This document shows positions 36,958 to 45,626 of a stretch of DNA of 64,000 bases, in pieces. A program made the position numbers and the translations under genes. The stretch comes from a virus (taxonomy: Duplodnaviria > Heunggongvirae > Uroviricota > Caudoviricetes). The stretch lies in the IMG/VR virus record IMGVR_UViG_3300029998_000021. One strand, given 5' to 3'. Below the pieces are notes generated by a model that was given only the letters and a program-made list of their open reading frames with translations, was not told the origin of the DNA and did not search any database. The first letter of the stretch is position 1. Every line of letters starts with the position of its first letter.

Positions 36958-37214
36958 CCAAATTCAGGTATTGATACTATTGCTTTAATTTTATATTTTT
37001 CAAAAATCCAAGGCTCTACACAATATGTTTGTATAAAAAATGAAAGTGTTTTATTTTTATAACAAAATTCTAAAAATTCTTCAGCTTCACTCCAATCACG
37101 ATTAGCAAATTTATCACGACCTGCTATTACTTTATCATATAATAACATATCCATTATCATAAAATGAATTTCATCTGAACTCTCTGTATATACAATTAAA
37201 AAATACTCTGTCAT
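36951..37214 (-). CDS. hypothetical protein
   Basis: 87-aa ORF. Confidence 0.35.
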   Translation of the reverse strand: MTEYFLIVYTESSDEIHFMIMDMLLYDKVIAGRDKFANRDWSEAEEFLEFCYKNKTLSFFIQTYCVEPWIFEKYKIKAIVSIPEFGC

Positions 37215-37215
37215 G

Positions 37216-37452
37216 TTAAAATAAATTTTCTTCGTTACTATTTAATTCAATTCTATTTAATTTTCGTAATCTAATTTCTTGTTTTATATTATGTTTTGTT
37301 TCCTTAATTTTCTTTTTACCACATCTTGATTCATATGTATCAATGTTAATATCAATATATTTAATAACATTAACTAAATGATCAGAAGACATATTTCTAA
37401 TTTTTGCACTTTTACCTTCACGTGTCGTCCATATCATATCTCTATTGTGCAT
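37216..37452 (-). CDS. hypothetical protein
   Basis: 78-aa ORF. Confidence 0.35.
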   Translation of the reverse strand: MHNRDMIWTTREGKSAKIRNMSSDHLVNVIKYIDINIDTYESRCGKKKIKETKHNIKQEIRLRKLNRIELNSNEENLF

Positions 37453-37696
37453 TGCAAATTCTTTTAATTAAAAATCTTTTATAATTTGGATTAGTATATT
37501 CTAAAATATACCAAAGATTTTGATTTAGATCATTAAATTTAAAATCCAAAATATGCTTCCATTTCTTTTTAAATTTCCTTGGTACTCTGTTGCCTTTTTT
37601 ATATGTGAAAAAAGAACTAATTACTTTCGGCGCAGTAAAACATTTATCTAATTTTTCGTATGGAATTTTATAATTTTGCATAATACAAATATACAA
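37442..37696 (-). CDS. hypothetical protein
   Basis: 84-aa ORF. Confidence 0.35.
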   Translation of the reverse strand: MYICIMQNYKIPYEKLDKCFTAPKVISSFFTYKKGNRVPRKFKKKWKHILDFKFNDLNQNLWYILEYTNPNYKRFLIKRICNAQ

Positions 37697-37711
37697 AATT
37701 TATTTAAAATA

Positions 37712-37738
37712 AAAAAACCTCAAAAGAGGTTTTTTTAT
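37712..37738. terminator. bidirectional terminator AAACCTC-AAAA-GAGGTTT
   Basis: Flanked by A7 and T7 runs, just 3' of the Ro60-like gene. Confidence 0.6.
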
Positions 37739-37741
37739 TTT

Positions 37742-39127
37742 TTACGCGGTAATTGATTTATACCTTTCACTATTTATAGTTTTCAACATCAAACTAGCTG
37801 GAGTATCAATACTTCCTGATAATACAGATTTTAATATTGCTGGACTGAAACCTGAAACTAATCCTACATTCTTTGCTTTAAAGTTTGCAGGCACATTACC
37901 AAGTCTACCATTAACATTCCAGAAAACAATATCTGGCATTTTATAACCAGCAGTTGAATACATTCTCTGAATCATACTCAATGCAGTATCAGAATTATTC
38001 TGAACGCAACCATTAAATTCCATATCTGATATTATCAAAATTTTAGTTGGCATTTCACTTTCTGGAATATTGTTTTGAGTTGCTTTATTCAAAATCAACT
38101 TATATACAGATTCTAGATTAGTGCTCATACCCCATTCAGCACGTTCCAACTGTTTTAATCTTTCATACAATGATCCTTTCAAATACTGCATTTGTGGATT
38201 ACTTGAAAATGTAATAAAAGCGTCTTTAAAAATACTTTTATTCCTTTCAGAAATATACACACCCAATGCAACTGACACAGACATTGGAAGTCCTGACATA
38301 CTTCCTGATACATCGCAAACTGGAATGACTCTCTCATTCGAATCTGCCATAAAATCAGGAAGATTAATCCATTGTGCTTCAACTGCTCTCTTATCTTCAT
38401 TTCTCTTCCAAGCGTCATATAACATATGTGGAAACAAAACACCAGCTTTAATTTCTTCCTTACCTTCGTGAACCAATTCAATAAACTCATTAAAACGATT
38501 CATATCATTCTTTAAGAATGCTTTTCTATACTTATTCATAGCAACTGAAGGCACATGAGAGTAAGTAATTTCTTCCCAATCCTTTGCGCACATTTTTTGC
38601 TCTACCGTGTTTGATAACCCAACAACAAGTTGTCTGTATTCCTTTGGGGTCAATCCCATATACTTTCTAACCTTATTAGCAAAACCATCTTGTCTTGGAA
38701 GCCATTTTGCAAGCAAACCATTTTCTTTATCCAAACCTTCTTTAATCAAAGGAAGAACAAGTTTTTCATCTAACTCAAAAATATCATCCCAACGACCATA
38801 TTCTGGTACATATTTGATATTTTTTTCAAGATATGATAAATAATTTTTATTCAAAAATTTTGAGCAAACTCTAAAGAATCTTCTTTCTCCAGCTCCACCT
38901 CTTGGATCACGAGCCCAAAACATAAGTTTTAATGCCACTGTTGGATCTTCCACAATTGCTTTTTGAAAAAGCAATTCAATATCATTATCTGACATTTTCC
39001 TTGAAGCACCAGCTAAAAAGAACATATCAACATTTGAATTCAAACTAGTTGAATTTGTTACCATACCATTTGCTGTTGAAGCATCTTCTTGTCTTACAGC
39101 ATTTACCAATTTTGATTTAGATTCCAT
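37742..39127 (-). CDS. rsr: Ro60/Rsr orthologue (TROVE plus vWA domains); true start probably ATG 39127 (ORF track used TTG 39169)
   Basis: WARDPRGGAGERRFF, VLFPHMLYDAW (Ro HPFHIL-like), MIDAS VCDVSGSMSG, ILIISDMEFNG, GLVSGFSPAIL all parallel Ro60. Confidence 0.7.
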   Translation of the reverse strand: MESKSKLVNAVRQEDASTANGMVTNSTSLNSNVDMFFLAGASRKMSDNDIELLFQKAIVEDPTVALKLMFWARDPRGGAGERRFFRVCSKFLNKNYLSYLEKNIKYVPEYGRWDDIFELDEKLVLPLIKEGLDKENGLLAKWLPRQDGFANKVRKYMGLTPKEYRQLVVGLSNTVEQKMCAKDWEEITYSHVPSVAMNKYRKAFLKNDMNRFNEFIELVHEGKEEIKAGVLFPHMLYDAWKRNEDKRAVEAQWINLPDFMADSNERVIPVCDVSGSMSGLPMSVSVALGVYISERNKSIFKDAFITFSSNPQMQYLKGSLYERLKQLERAEWGMSTNLESVYKLILNKATQNNIPESEMPTKILIISDMEFNGCVQNNSDTALSMIQRMYSTAGYKMPDIVFWNVNGRLGNVPANFKAKNVGLVSGFSPAILKSVLSGSIDTPASLMLKTINSERYKSITA

Positions 39128-39159
39128 AATTATTTGTTTTGTTTTTGTTATTAAAAATA

Positions 39160-39193
39160 AAAATCCCAACTAAAATTCATTAGTTGGGATTTT
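39160..39193 (-). terminator. 13-bp hairpin AAAATCCCAACTA/TAGTTGGGATTTT followed by a U-run on the minus strand
   Basis: Would terminate a minus-strand transcript immediately upstream of rsr. Confidence 0.5.
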
Positions 39194-39195
39194 AA

Positions 39196-39420
39196 AAATG
39201 ACCTGATAGCAGTTCTTACGGTATTATCCATATTGGTATGCACACAAGTACGTTAAATTAAAATCTCAACAGAATACAAGAGTTTTTCTCAAAAACTCAG
39301 GGAAAACTTTCTTTTCAAAATTTTTTTATTTTGTCTTGTCTTTAATATGATGTGTCGGCCAAGTGAAAACTTTAGAAAAGTTTTAAAACACTCTTCACAT
39401 CATGACTTTCTGTTTATAAT
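39196..39420 (-). ncRNA. candidate ncRNA upstream of rsr (Y-RNA-like?); boundaries speculative
   Basis: No ORF; extended imperfect stem-loop 39338-39397 on minus (AUGAUGUG...CACAUCAU closing, inner 8-bp AAAACUUU/AAAGUUUU, asymmetric loop UGGCCGA); ends at terminator 39160-39193. Confidence 0.25.
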
Positions 39421-39485
39421 TGTTTAGTTTATAATTGCAGAATGTATTCTTTATGAGTATTGTTTATAAAAATTAACAGAATACG

Positions 39486-39535
39486 CTTTTTTTCTTATCC
39501 ATAGAAGTTTTTTTATCGCTGTATGTATTCTTCAA
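39486..39535 (+). repeat. about 50-nt repeat TTTTTTTCTTATCCATAGAAGTTTTTTTATCGCTGTATGTATTCTT (second copy 45744-45797)
   Basis: Near-identical segment in the tRNA island; submotif GCTGTATGTAWTCTTCAA also at about 45697. Confidence 0.55.
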
Positions 39536-39792
39536 TAATCTTTATTGTTTGTAAGAACGAATATATTGTTATTTCAAAAAAATTAAAAAGTTTAAGAAAT
39601 TTTCAACATTATTATATATTTCTTAAAAAATGTCGTTTTTTTCTATTTCTAACGACTATTATTCTTTTCAGAAAAATGTAATAAGTGTATAGTTTAAGAA
39701 AAATAAAAAGTTTAATTTATTTTCAAATATTTTTAAAATATTTTTATCTAAACTAATTAATAGATTATTAATATAAAAAAGAAAAAAAGTTT

Positions 39793-40158
39793 ATGTATTT
39801 TACTATTAAAATTTCTCAAGAAAATATAATATTTAATAATTTAAATATTAAGAATTTTTTTCTCACTTTTCCTGAGATTGAAATTGTAGAACAAACAATA
39901 GGAAGTACTATTATTCAAGAATATTATTATTTATCATCACAAAATATAAGAAAATTCAAATTATTAAATATTAATAATAATAATTATTACCGGAATAAAA
40001 TAATTGATCTATTCAAAATATTATATGATAAAAATTTGATTAATAATTATGGTAATGAAAAACCAACTGTAACAGGCTATTATTATTCCGGAACAGACTC
40101 ACGGTACATCCAGAACCTCAGGACTCTCAGGATTCAAAAAAATAACAAAGAAATTTGA
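39793..40158 (+). CDS. hypothetical (low complexity; may be spurious)
   Basis: 121-aa ORF in an AT-rich repeat-laden region. Confidence 0.2.
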   Translation: MYFTIKISQENIIFNNLNIKNFFLTFPEIEIVEQTIGSTIIQEYYYLSSQNIRKFKLLNINNNNYYRNKIIDLFKILYDKNLINNYGNEKPTVTGYYYSGTDSRYIQNLRTLRIQKNNKEI

Positions 40159-40588
40159 TCCTCATAAAGTCATAAAAAAATGTATAAAAACAAAAAAAAG
40201 ATTCAAATTTTGAATCTTTTTTTAATATATAGTATATGAAATATATCAAAGAATTTAATAATTATGAAAAAATAAATGAAAAAATAAAATTCTAGGATAT
40301 TGCATTATATCTTTCTATTCTATTTCTTGGTCATAGCACATATAACACATTTAATAATTACAAAGAGATAAATAAATTATACACCATAGTCAATTCGGCA
40401 TCATATGATGGCACATCTGAGCAAAAACAGTTAATTTATAACCTAAAAAAAGATATAATAGAGCAAGTAAGAATTTCCCCAAGATTTAATAAAGATATTA
40501 AATCATATATTCATTACAAAATGTAACCATAAAATTTGCAAATACTACTGGTAAAAACATTGTTAAAGAAAAAACTGGAGCATTATAT

Positions 40589-41155
40589 ATGAACTTTGGT
40601 AAACTTAAAAACGCACTAAGTAATACTTTAATTTATTATCCTATATTTAAAATGAATAGCACCTCAGTAGAAAATATAATTATTGTTAATAAAAAATATG
40701 AAAATGATGAAGATTTACCAAATATGTTAGTTCATGAAATTTATCATTATGTTGATGCGTTATTAGGACAAAAAAATGATTTGAGCAAAGAATTAAATTT
40801 ATCTCAGTTTATTGATAAAAATGTAGATAATCAAGCAAGAAAATATTCATCTATTTATGGCAGAAAATTTAGTGAAACTAGCCCAGATATTAAAAAATTA
40901 CTTAAAGAATTATCTATAAAAACAATAAGTAATATTGAATATTTAAAATCATCAGAAGAAATATTTGCCCGATGGAAAACATTTAAAAGTTATATGATAA
41001 AAAAAGGGTATATTAAAGATATGAATAGTCCTGTTGATAATGAATTATTTATGAAATATATAACAAATATCAAATCTATAAATAGTGAGGATCTTGAATT
41101 TTTATTAGTAATAGATTGGAGCACAATACCAGAACTAGATAAATTAAGTTTATAA
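40589..41155 (+). CDS. hypothetical protein
   Basis: 188-aa ORF. Confidence 0.4.
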   Translation: MNFGKLKNALSNTLIYYPIFKMNSTSVENIIIVNKKYENDEDLPNMLVHEIYHYVDALLGQKNDLSKELNLSQFIDKNVDNQARKYSSIYGRKFSETSPDIKKLLKELSIKTISNIEYLKSSEEIFARWKTFKSYMIKKGYIKDMNSPVDNELFMKYITNIKSINSEDLEFLLVIDWSTIPELDKLSL

Positions 41156-41863
41156 ATTTTTAAGTAATTCTAAAGACTCTATATAAAAATTATCTCTTTT
41201 TTTTGTTAACAACTCTATTATTTCTTTATTATATTCAATAAATTCTTTTAATCTCTCAATAGTCACATCATGATCATGCCACAAACCAATTGTTTCCTGA
41301 ATGTTATTTATATTTTCAATATTTTCATTTTCATCCAACATTAAAAGAGTATAATACACTCTTTTCAATCTTATCCTTATTTCGTGTAAATTAGTTGTCG
41401 TAATAGATATATTACGAATGTCAGACAATCCAATATCAATTCTAGTTCTAACATTGGCGAGTATCTGTTCATCAATATGATATTCTTCTATTCTATCTAA
41501 TTTATCATTAATATATTGAAACTCTTCTTGAAAACTATCTTTAATATTAAAACAATAAAGTTTTTGTTCAAGCATCTCAGATAGATATAATTGATATGGA
41601 TCTCTATATTCTGTTAAAATTTTTTGCTGAATTTGAATATCACGAATTTCACCTGATAATTTAAATAAATTTGTAAATCCTGATGGAAAATCTTTATCTC
41701 TAAAAAGTAAGCCATCTAAAAGAATATTAAAATTCTTCAGCCGTTTAAGTGTGGTTCTTATCTTATGAATATCGTCCTCAGTTACATCTATAAGTAATCT
41801 GGAATGATGTTCATTAAAAATTTTCTTTTGATCTTCAAAGTATTCCTGTAGTCTTGTCATCAT
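41150..41863 (-). CDS. hypothetical protein
   Basis: 237-aa ORF. Confidence 0.4.
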   Translation of the reverse strand: MMTRLQEYFEDQKKIFNEHHSRLLIDVTEDDIHKIRTTLKRLKNFNILLDGLLFRDKDFPSGFTNLFKLSGEIRDIQIQQKILTEYRDPYQLYLSEMLEQKLYCFNIKDSFQEEFQYINDKLDRIEEYHIDEQILANVRTRIDIGLSDIRNISITTTNLHEIRIRLKRVYYTLLMLDENENIENINNIQETIGLWHDHDVTIERLKEFIEYNKEIIELLTKKRDNFYIESLELLKNL

Positions 41864-41996
41864 ACTGCAAATGTAATCATTTTTTTATACAATAAAAATT
41901 ATATATAGATATTATATGAAATATATCAAATTGTTTGAAAATATAGAACGGAAATATAATGCAAAAAATTATACATCAAAATTTAATATTTAAAAA

Positions 41997-42152
41997 ATGA
42001 AGCATATTAAAAAATATGAAGGTGTGGCCGATAAATATGCTAAAAAGAAATGGGCATGGAAAAATGATTTTGAATATTGTTACACTTTATATACGAATGA
42101 ATTTGATAAAGCAACACCAGAAGAAATAGCAAGAGACAAATATAATTTATGA
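41997..42152 (+). CDS. miniature family member (MKHIKKYEG...RDKYNL, 51 aa)
   Basis: Has family KYNL end; not in ORF track; degenerate 19- and 25-aa relics at 40236 and 41916. Confidence 0.35.
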   Translation: MKHIKKYEGVADKYAKKKWAWKNDFEYCYTLYTNEFDKATPEEIARDKYNL

Positions 42153-42812
42153 TATAAACATTTTATATTCAGCTAATCTTCTCTCTTTTAAACCAGGGAA
42201 ATTATCACTAATACCAGTTTTTAATATTATTTTGGCGGCTTTATCTAATTCATTTTGTTTTATTTTTTGAATAAATTCAGATTTTCTCAAACCATCAATA
42301 CCCATATTAAATGCAAGTGAGATTAATACGTTATATTGTCTTTGTGATAATTTAATATTTATATTTTGATCTCTCCATTCATCAAAAATTCGTCTAACTC
42401 CATCTGCAGCATAATTTATATCAATAATAAATAATTCATTTGCTTTTTTTCTTGAAATTTTTTGACCTATTTTATAATTTGAATCATTTATAGGCTCACT
42501 ATGGCCAAATCCTATTGTTATTCTACCATCATGTAAATCATACGCCTTCGCACTAAATTTTTCCTCATTTCTTATATGATCCCAACCCTCTTGTGATAAT
42601 CTTAATTTATTATTTTTTTTTATAGAATTTAATTCAGAATGTAATATAATTTTTTCTCTTTCACCTATATTTCTTGTATTAATAATATGGGAAATTTCTG
42701 AAAATGAATATATTGACAATAAACTAATTATTATTGACTTTGCAATATTATTATTTAAAATATTTTTAAAATTTATTTTTTCTAAAATATAATCATCATA
42801 ATCTTTAATCAT
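42147..42812 (-). CDS. e: endolysin, T4-type lysozyme (GH24) with N-terminal signal-anchor (SAR-type)
   Basis: EGWDHIRNEEK...DGRITIGFGH (catalytic Glu...TIGxG), ANELFIIDINYAADGVRRI, YNVLISLAFNMG align with T4 lysozyme; hydrophobic N-term NIAKSIIISLLSIYSF. Confidence 0.8.
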   Translation of the reverse strand: MIKDYDDYILEKINFKNILNNNIAKSIIISLLSIYSFSEISHIINTRNIGEREKIILHSELNSIKKNNKLRLSQEGWDHIRNEEKFSAKAYDLHDGRITIGFGHSEPINDSNYKIGQKISRKKANELFIIDINYAADGVRRIFDEWRDQNINIKLSQRQYNVLISLAFNMGIDGLRKSEFIQKIKQNELDKAAKIILKTGISDNFPGLKERRLAEYKMFIS

Positions 42813-42865
42813 AACGTATATATATTTAATATTAAAATCATAAATATATAGGTGATTATAAGATA

Positions 42866-43864
42866 ATGATAGAAAATGATTTTTTATTATTTATATATAG
42901 AATAAAAAACATTATGAAAAAAATAACAACTGATCAAGCAAAAGAAAGAATATTATTAAATAATTCTAATATTATATTCCTAAGTGATTTTTTAGGCACA
43001 TATAATAAAAGTAAATTTAAATGCTTAATTTGTAACCATGAATGGACAACTACCGCAAAATATGTAATAAATGGTGATAGTGGCTGTCCTGAGTGTGGAA
43101 AGAAAAAAGCAAAAGAAACCATTAAATATAATCTAACTACTGAAGATTTTAAAAAAAAAGTGTATAAAAAATACGGAGATAATATAAATATCATTGGAAA
43201 ATATATTAATGCTATAACTAGAATAGAATCTCAATGTAACATTTGTGATCATATATGGAAACCATATGCAAAAAACTTAATAGCAGGAACAGCAGGTTGC
43301 TATAAATGTAGATGTAAAAATACAGGTGTAAAAATAAGAAAATCACCTGAAAAATTTTTAAATGAAATAAATAAAATACACAATGATAGAATATCTATAT
43401 TAGGAGAATATAAAACCTGTAATAGTAAAATGAATGTTAAATGTAATGTTTGCGGTAATTTATGGACAAGTAATACTGCAAGAGAATTATTAAGAAGAGG
43501 TTGCCCAAAATGCAATTTATCAAAAGGTGAATTATTAATATCAGATATATTAAAAAAATTAAAAATAAATTATAATGATCAACATATTATTAATGGATTA
43601 AAAACTGAAGATAATGGTACACCATCTTTTGATTTTGTGTTATATGATGAGTACAATAATGTAAAAACTATTATAGAATATGATGGTCTTCAGCATTTTA
43701 AAGCAGTAAAAAGATGGGGAGGTATTAAAAGGCTTGAAAGACAACAAAAAATAGACAAATTTAAAAATAATTATTGTGGCGAAAACAATATAAAAATGAT
43801 CAGAGTGCCATATACAGATTTAAAAAAAATAAATATTGAATACATTAAAAATTTATTAAAATAA
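42866..43864 (+). CDS. homing-endonuclease-like protein: three Zn-ribbon repeats plus C-terminal Vsr/DUF559-like PD-(D/E)XK domain
   Basis: Repeats FKCLICNHEWTTTAKYVINGDSGCPECG / CNICDHIWKPYAKNLIAGTAGCYKC / CNVCGNLWTSNTARELLRRGCPKC; C-term FDFVLYDEYNNVKTIIEYDGLQHF; paralog of 53542..54450. Confidence 0.6.
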   Translation: MIENDFLLFIYRIKNIMKKITTDQAKERILLNNSNIIFLSDFLGTYNKSKFKCLICNHEWTTTAKYVINGDSGCPECGKKKAKETIKYNLTTEDFKKKVYKKYGDNINIIGKYINAITRIESQCNICDHIWKPYAKNLIAGTAGCYKCRCKNTGVKIRKSPEKFLNEINKIHNDRISILGEYKTCNSKMNVKCNVCGNLWTSNTARELLRRGCPKCNLSKGELLISDILKKLKINYNDQHIINGLKTEDNGTPSFDFVLYDEYNNVKTIIEYDGLQHFKAVKRWGGIKRLERQQKIDKFKNNYCGENNIKMIRVPYTDLKKINIEYIKNLLK

Positions 43865-43880
43865 AAAATAATATCTAAGA

Positions 43881-44010
43881 TTTAGAAAAGGGCACCAGAT
43901 GGGATTCGAACCCACATTTTTCATTCCGTTATGCACATAGAGTTTAGGAAACTCCGCCATTACAGGTGCGTGGTGCACGGCGGGCGGCTCGCCAGCCGTG
44001 CGTTCCCTAT
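43881..44010 (-). ncRNA. non-canonical tRNA-like RNA 'B' (T-arm plus acceptor stem, no D-arm) with GC-rich 5' hairpin
   Basis: 3' GUGGGUUCGAAUCCCAUCUGGUGC; acceptor GCACCUG/CUGGUGC (one U-U); internal GGAGU-UUCCUAA-ACUCU arm; GC hairpin GCACGGC...GCCGUGC in a 25%-GC genome. Confidence 0.35.
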
Positions 44011-44115
44011 CCGTGCATATATTGTAAAAAAAATGGACTTCGGACTTGTAAAATACCGAAATGAGATCCTTTAACCCGGTCACTAACTTAAAATGTAATC
44101 TATCCATTTTTTTTG

Positions 44116-44189
44116 AGCAGAAGACGGGATTCGAACCCGCTGCCTGAAGATTGGAAATCTCCTACTCGACCTAAATGAGCTTCTTCTGC
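44116..44189 (-). tRNA. tRNA-Gly(UCC)
   Basis: Hand-folded: 7-bp acceptor GCAGAAG/CUUCUGC, D 4 bp, anticodon stem GGAGA/UCUUC with loop UUUCCAA, T-loop UUCGAAU. Confidence 0.75.
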
Positions 44190-44431
44190 AATATTTGTGC
44201 TAATTTTTTCTTTCTTATTAATTTTTTTTCATCTTGATAACAAACTCGTTCATAAAGGATATTCTTATCACTATCAAAAAGCCACCCTGTATTGAAATTA
44301 TATTGGTCGGCATCTTCAATATCATAAATTTCATAATGATGTGGATTAGAATACCCTAAATTCATATCATAAACATCTATAGTTTTTATATATTTCCCGT
44401 TTATTTTATTCTTATAAATGTACTGATTCAT
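44171..44431 (-). CDS. hypothetical small protein (3' end overlaps tRNA-Gly by 19 nt)
   Basis: 86-aa ORF. Confidence 0.3.
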   Translation of the reverse strand: MNQYIYKNKINGKYIKTIDVYDMNLGYSNPHHYEIYDIEDADQYNFNTGWLFDSDKNILYERVCYQDEKKLIRKKKLAQILQKKLI

Positions 44432-44447
44432 TGATATTGTAAGTTAG

Positions 44448-44521
44448 TGATCCTGATGAGACTCGAACTCATAACCTACAGATTAGAAATCTGTTGCTCT
44501 ATCCAATTGAGCTACAAGACC
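44448..44521 (-). tRNA. tRNA-Arg(UCU)
   Basis: GGUCUUGUAGCUCAAUUGGAUAGAGCAACAGAUUUCUAAUCUGUAGGUUAUGAGUUCGAGUCUCAUCAGGAUCA; canonical cloverleaf. Confidence 0.8.
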
Positions 44522-44526
44522 TTATG

Positions 44527-44600
44527 AGCACCCAGACGGACTCGAACCGCCAACATCCTGATTACAAGTCAGGCACTCTACCAATTAAAGCTATGGGTGC
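44527..44600 (-). tRNA. tRNA-Thr(UGU)
   Basis: Acceptor GCACCCA/UGGGUGC perfect; anticodon arm CCUGA-CUUGUAA-UCAGG; T-loop UUCGAGU. Confidence 0.8.
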
Positions 44601-45056
44601 AATAATTCTATTTCCTTTACAATGCGTGTCTAATGTTGCATTACAATTAGGACACACTATTCTTAAATTATCTAATCTATGATCATCATGAACACCATTT
44701 ATATGATCTAATATTAAACTCATTTTTTTACCTTGCCAATTTTCATCTTGACCACACAATTCACATTTTCTTTCTTTAATTCCTTCATTATATAATCTTT
44801 CTTTCAAATATGTTGTCCCAAAAGTAGAATTCTCAACCAATATTTCTAATAAACATTTTTTATTAAAATTATCCATCTTCTTATCTTTATTAATATTAAG
44901 ATGTGCAATATCTATTTCAAATAAATTAGCGTATTTTAATATAGTTCTATAATTTGCGCCTTGATGTGTTAATTCTAATTTATTAATAACCTCTATTTTT
45001 GTTGCCGAATTTTTTATTATATTTTCTAAATTTTCTTTATTCCATCTCTTATTCAT
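44562..45056 (-). CDS. HNH homing endonuclease (free-standing, in tRNA island)
   Basis: CELCGQ...HINGVHDDHRLDNLRIVCPNCN; 3' 39 nt overlap the tRNA-Thr 5' half. Confidence 0.6.
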   Translation of the reverse strand: MNKRWNKENLENIIKNSATKIEVINKLELTHQGANYRTILKYANLFEIDIAHLNINKDKKMDNFNKKCLLEILVENSTFGTTYLKERLYNEGIKERKCELCGQDENWQGKKMSLILDHINGVHDDHRLDNLRIVCPNCNATLDTHCKGNRIIAPIALIGRVPDL

Positions 45057-45079
45057 ACTTTATATATAATACTTTAATT

Positions 45080-45150
45080 AAAAAGTTTGAGCTTCTGATA
45101 GGTCTCGAACCTACATTCTCCGAGTTACGAATTCGGTATTCTACGTTGAA
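45080..45150 (-). tRNA. tRNA-like, anticodon loop UUCGUAA (CGU, Thr?) with imperfect anticodon stem
   Basis: Acceptor GCUUCUG/CAGAAGC perfect; T-arm GUAGG-UUCGAGA-CCUAU; A-C mismatch in anticodon stem. Confidence 0.4.
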
Positions 45151-45290
45151 TTACAGAAGCAAAAAATTAATTGAGGCTCATTTCGGTAACGATCCGATTT
45201 CCCTGCGATACAACGGCAGACATCATCCACTAAATGCTTAAGAGCCAAAATATTAAACTTAATCTTGTACAATAAACTTGATAGGTTTAT

Positions 45291-45365
45291 TATTCAATTG
45301 TACACTTACAGGGAGTCGAACCCTGGATCTTCTGTGTGTTGGACAGACGCTTTGAACCAACTAAG
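45291..45365 (-). tRNA. tRNA with unusual anticodon loop CCAACAC (AAC?); scaffold paralogous to tRNA-Val
   Basis: 75 nt; acceptor GCACUUA/UAAGUGU; D and T arms almost identical to neighbouring Val tRNA; no U33. Confidence 0.45.
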
Positions 45366-45368
45366 CGA

Positions 45369-45444
45369 TAAGTGCATGTGCCCCCACAAGGAGTCGAACC
45401 TTGGATCTTATGGATGTAAACCATACGCTTTAAAACCAACTAAG
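45369..45444 (-). tRNA. tRNA-Val(UAC)
   Basis: GCCCUUAUCGCUUAGUUGGUUUUAAAGCGUAUGGUUUACAUCCAUAAGAUCCAAGGUUCGACUCCUUGUGGGGGC. Confidence 0.75.
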
Positions 45445-45462
45445 CGATAAGGGCATTAAAAG

Positions 45463-45547
45463 AGCGATAGGTGGGAGTCGAACCCACGACGCGTTTTCAC
45501 TAACCTGCTTGGAGGGCAGGTACCATCGACCGCTAGGAGACTATCGC
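45463..45547 (-). tRNA. 84-nt class-II-like tRNA-like gene, anticodon loop CCUCCAA (UCC?) with 15-nt variable arm
   Basis: Acceptor GCGAUAG/CUAUCGC perfect; T-arm GUGGG-UUCGACU-CCCAC; anticodon stem ACCUGC/GCAGGU; long variable arm not expected for Gly. Confidence 0.4.
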
Positions 45548-45552
45548 AAATA

Positions 45553-45626
45553 CTTAATACTGAGCGAATAATGGGACTTGAACCCACAACTTCCACCTTG
45601 GCAAGGTGGCACTCTAACCAATTGAG
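45553..45626 (-). tRNA. tRNA-Gly(GCC)
   Basis: Anticodon arm CCACC-UUGCCAA-GGUGG; T-loop UUCAAGU. Confidence 0.75.

Noticed and set aside
45151-45240. Possible additional tRNA between 45151 and 45240 (GGCUC...GAGCC ends)
   Set aside because: Hand fold needs a U-U mismatch in the acceptor, a non-consensus T-loop (AUCGUUA) and a 9-nt anticodon loop; too weak to call. May be a decayed tRNA.
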